From contig CAVVMW010000021.1 in NCBI GenBank assembly GCA_963749495.1, positions 672,001 through 736,000 on the forward strand: a stretch of 64,000 bases of DNA. Reading direction: 5' to 3'. The notes below the pieces were generated by a model. It made no database searches. It was not told the origin of the DNA and saw only the letters and a program-made list of their open reading frames with translations. The DNA comes from an uncultured bacterium (GTDB lineage: Bacteria > Verrucomicrobiota > Verrucomicrobiia > Limisphaerales > UBA8199). Both the position numbers and the translations under genes were made by a program. Positions 63,781 through 64,000 of the stretch are shown here, piece after piece (the first letter of the stretch is position 1; each line of letters begins with the position of its first letter).

Positions 63781-63933
63781 ATGACAATGAAACCACATTT
63801 CGCTCCAGGAAAGGGGTTCTCTCTGGTCGAACTGCTGGTCGTCATCGCAATCATCTCTGTGCTGGCAGCAATGATCCTCCCGGCACTGGTCAGCGCCAAG
63901 CGGAAGGCGCAGCGGGCGTATTGTGCGCAATGA
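63781..63933 (+). pseudogene. Truncated prepilin-type N-terminal cleavage/methylation protein
   Basis: GFSLVELLVVIAIISVLAAMILPAL..AK.KA...C then stop. Confidence 0.75.
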
Positions 63934-64000
63934 ATGGAGTTCCAAGACGAACCCGCAGGGTGGAGCGGACGGGCGGCAGGTGTTATGCTCGGATCTTGCC

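Overview
GC-rich, strongly mosaic accessory region. Gene content (ECF sigma factors with long C-terminal extensions, WD40 Ser/Thr kinases, secreted beta-propellers ending in an F[YF]R motif, BlaI plus an M56-secretin fusion) suggests Verrucomicrobia subdivision 3 (inference). Many genes are frameshifted or are fragments joined mid-gene; assembly indels cannot be told apart from real decay. The main feature is an unannotated minus-strand array of about 16 atypical tRNA or tRNA-like genes (30996-35852) ending in an HNH nuclease gene. Upstream lie a sigma70-like promoter and a 56-codon leader ORF using all 20 amino acids, whose last codons form a 10-bp antiterminator competing with an intrinsic terminator. 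This is a candidate general translation-stress attenuator. A perfect 20-bp boxA-containing inverted repeat brackets the whole array. The array hosts small parasites: a 2-kb recombinase-less element with RIT-like ends splitting tRNA-Ile(UAU) with a 6-bp duplication, ~20-33-nt palindromic micro-inserts (at CCA ends, inside tRNAs, and in frame in WD40 repeats), and heptamer-repeat hairpins, one set flanking a four-helix-bundle gene. A cargo-carrying IS lies at 53648-58089.
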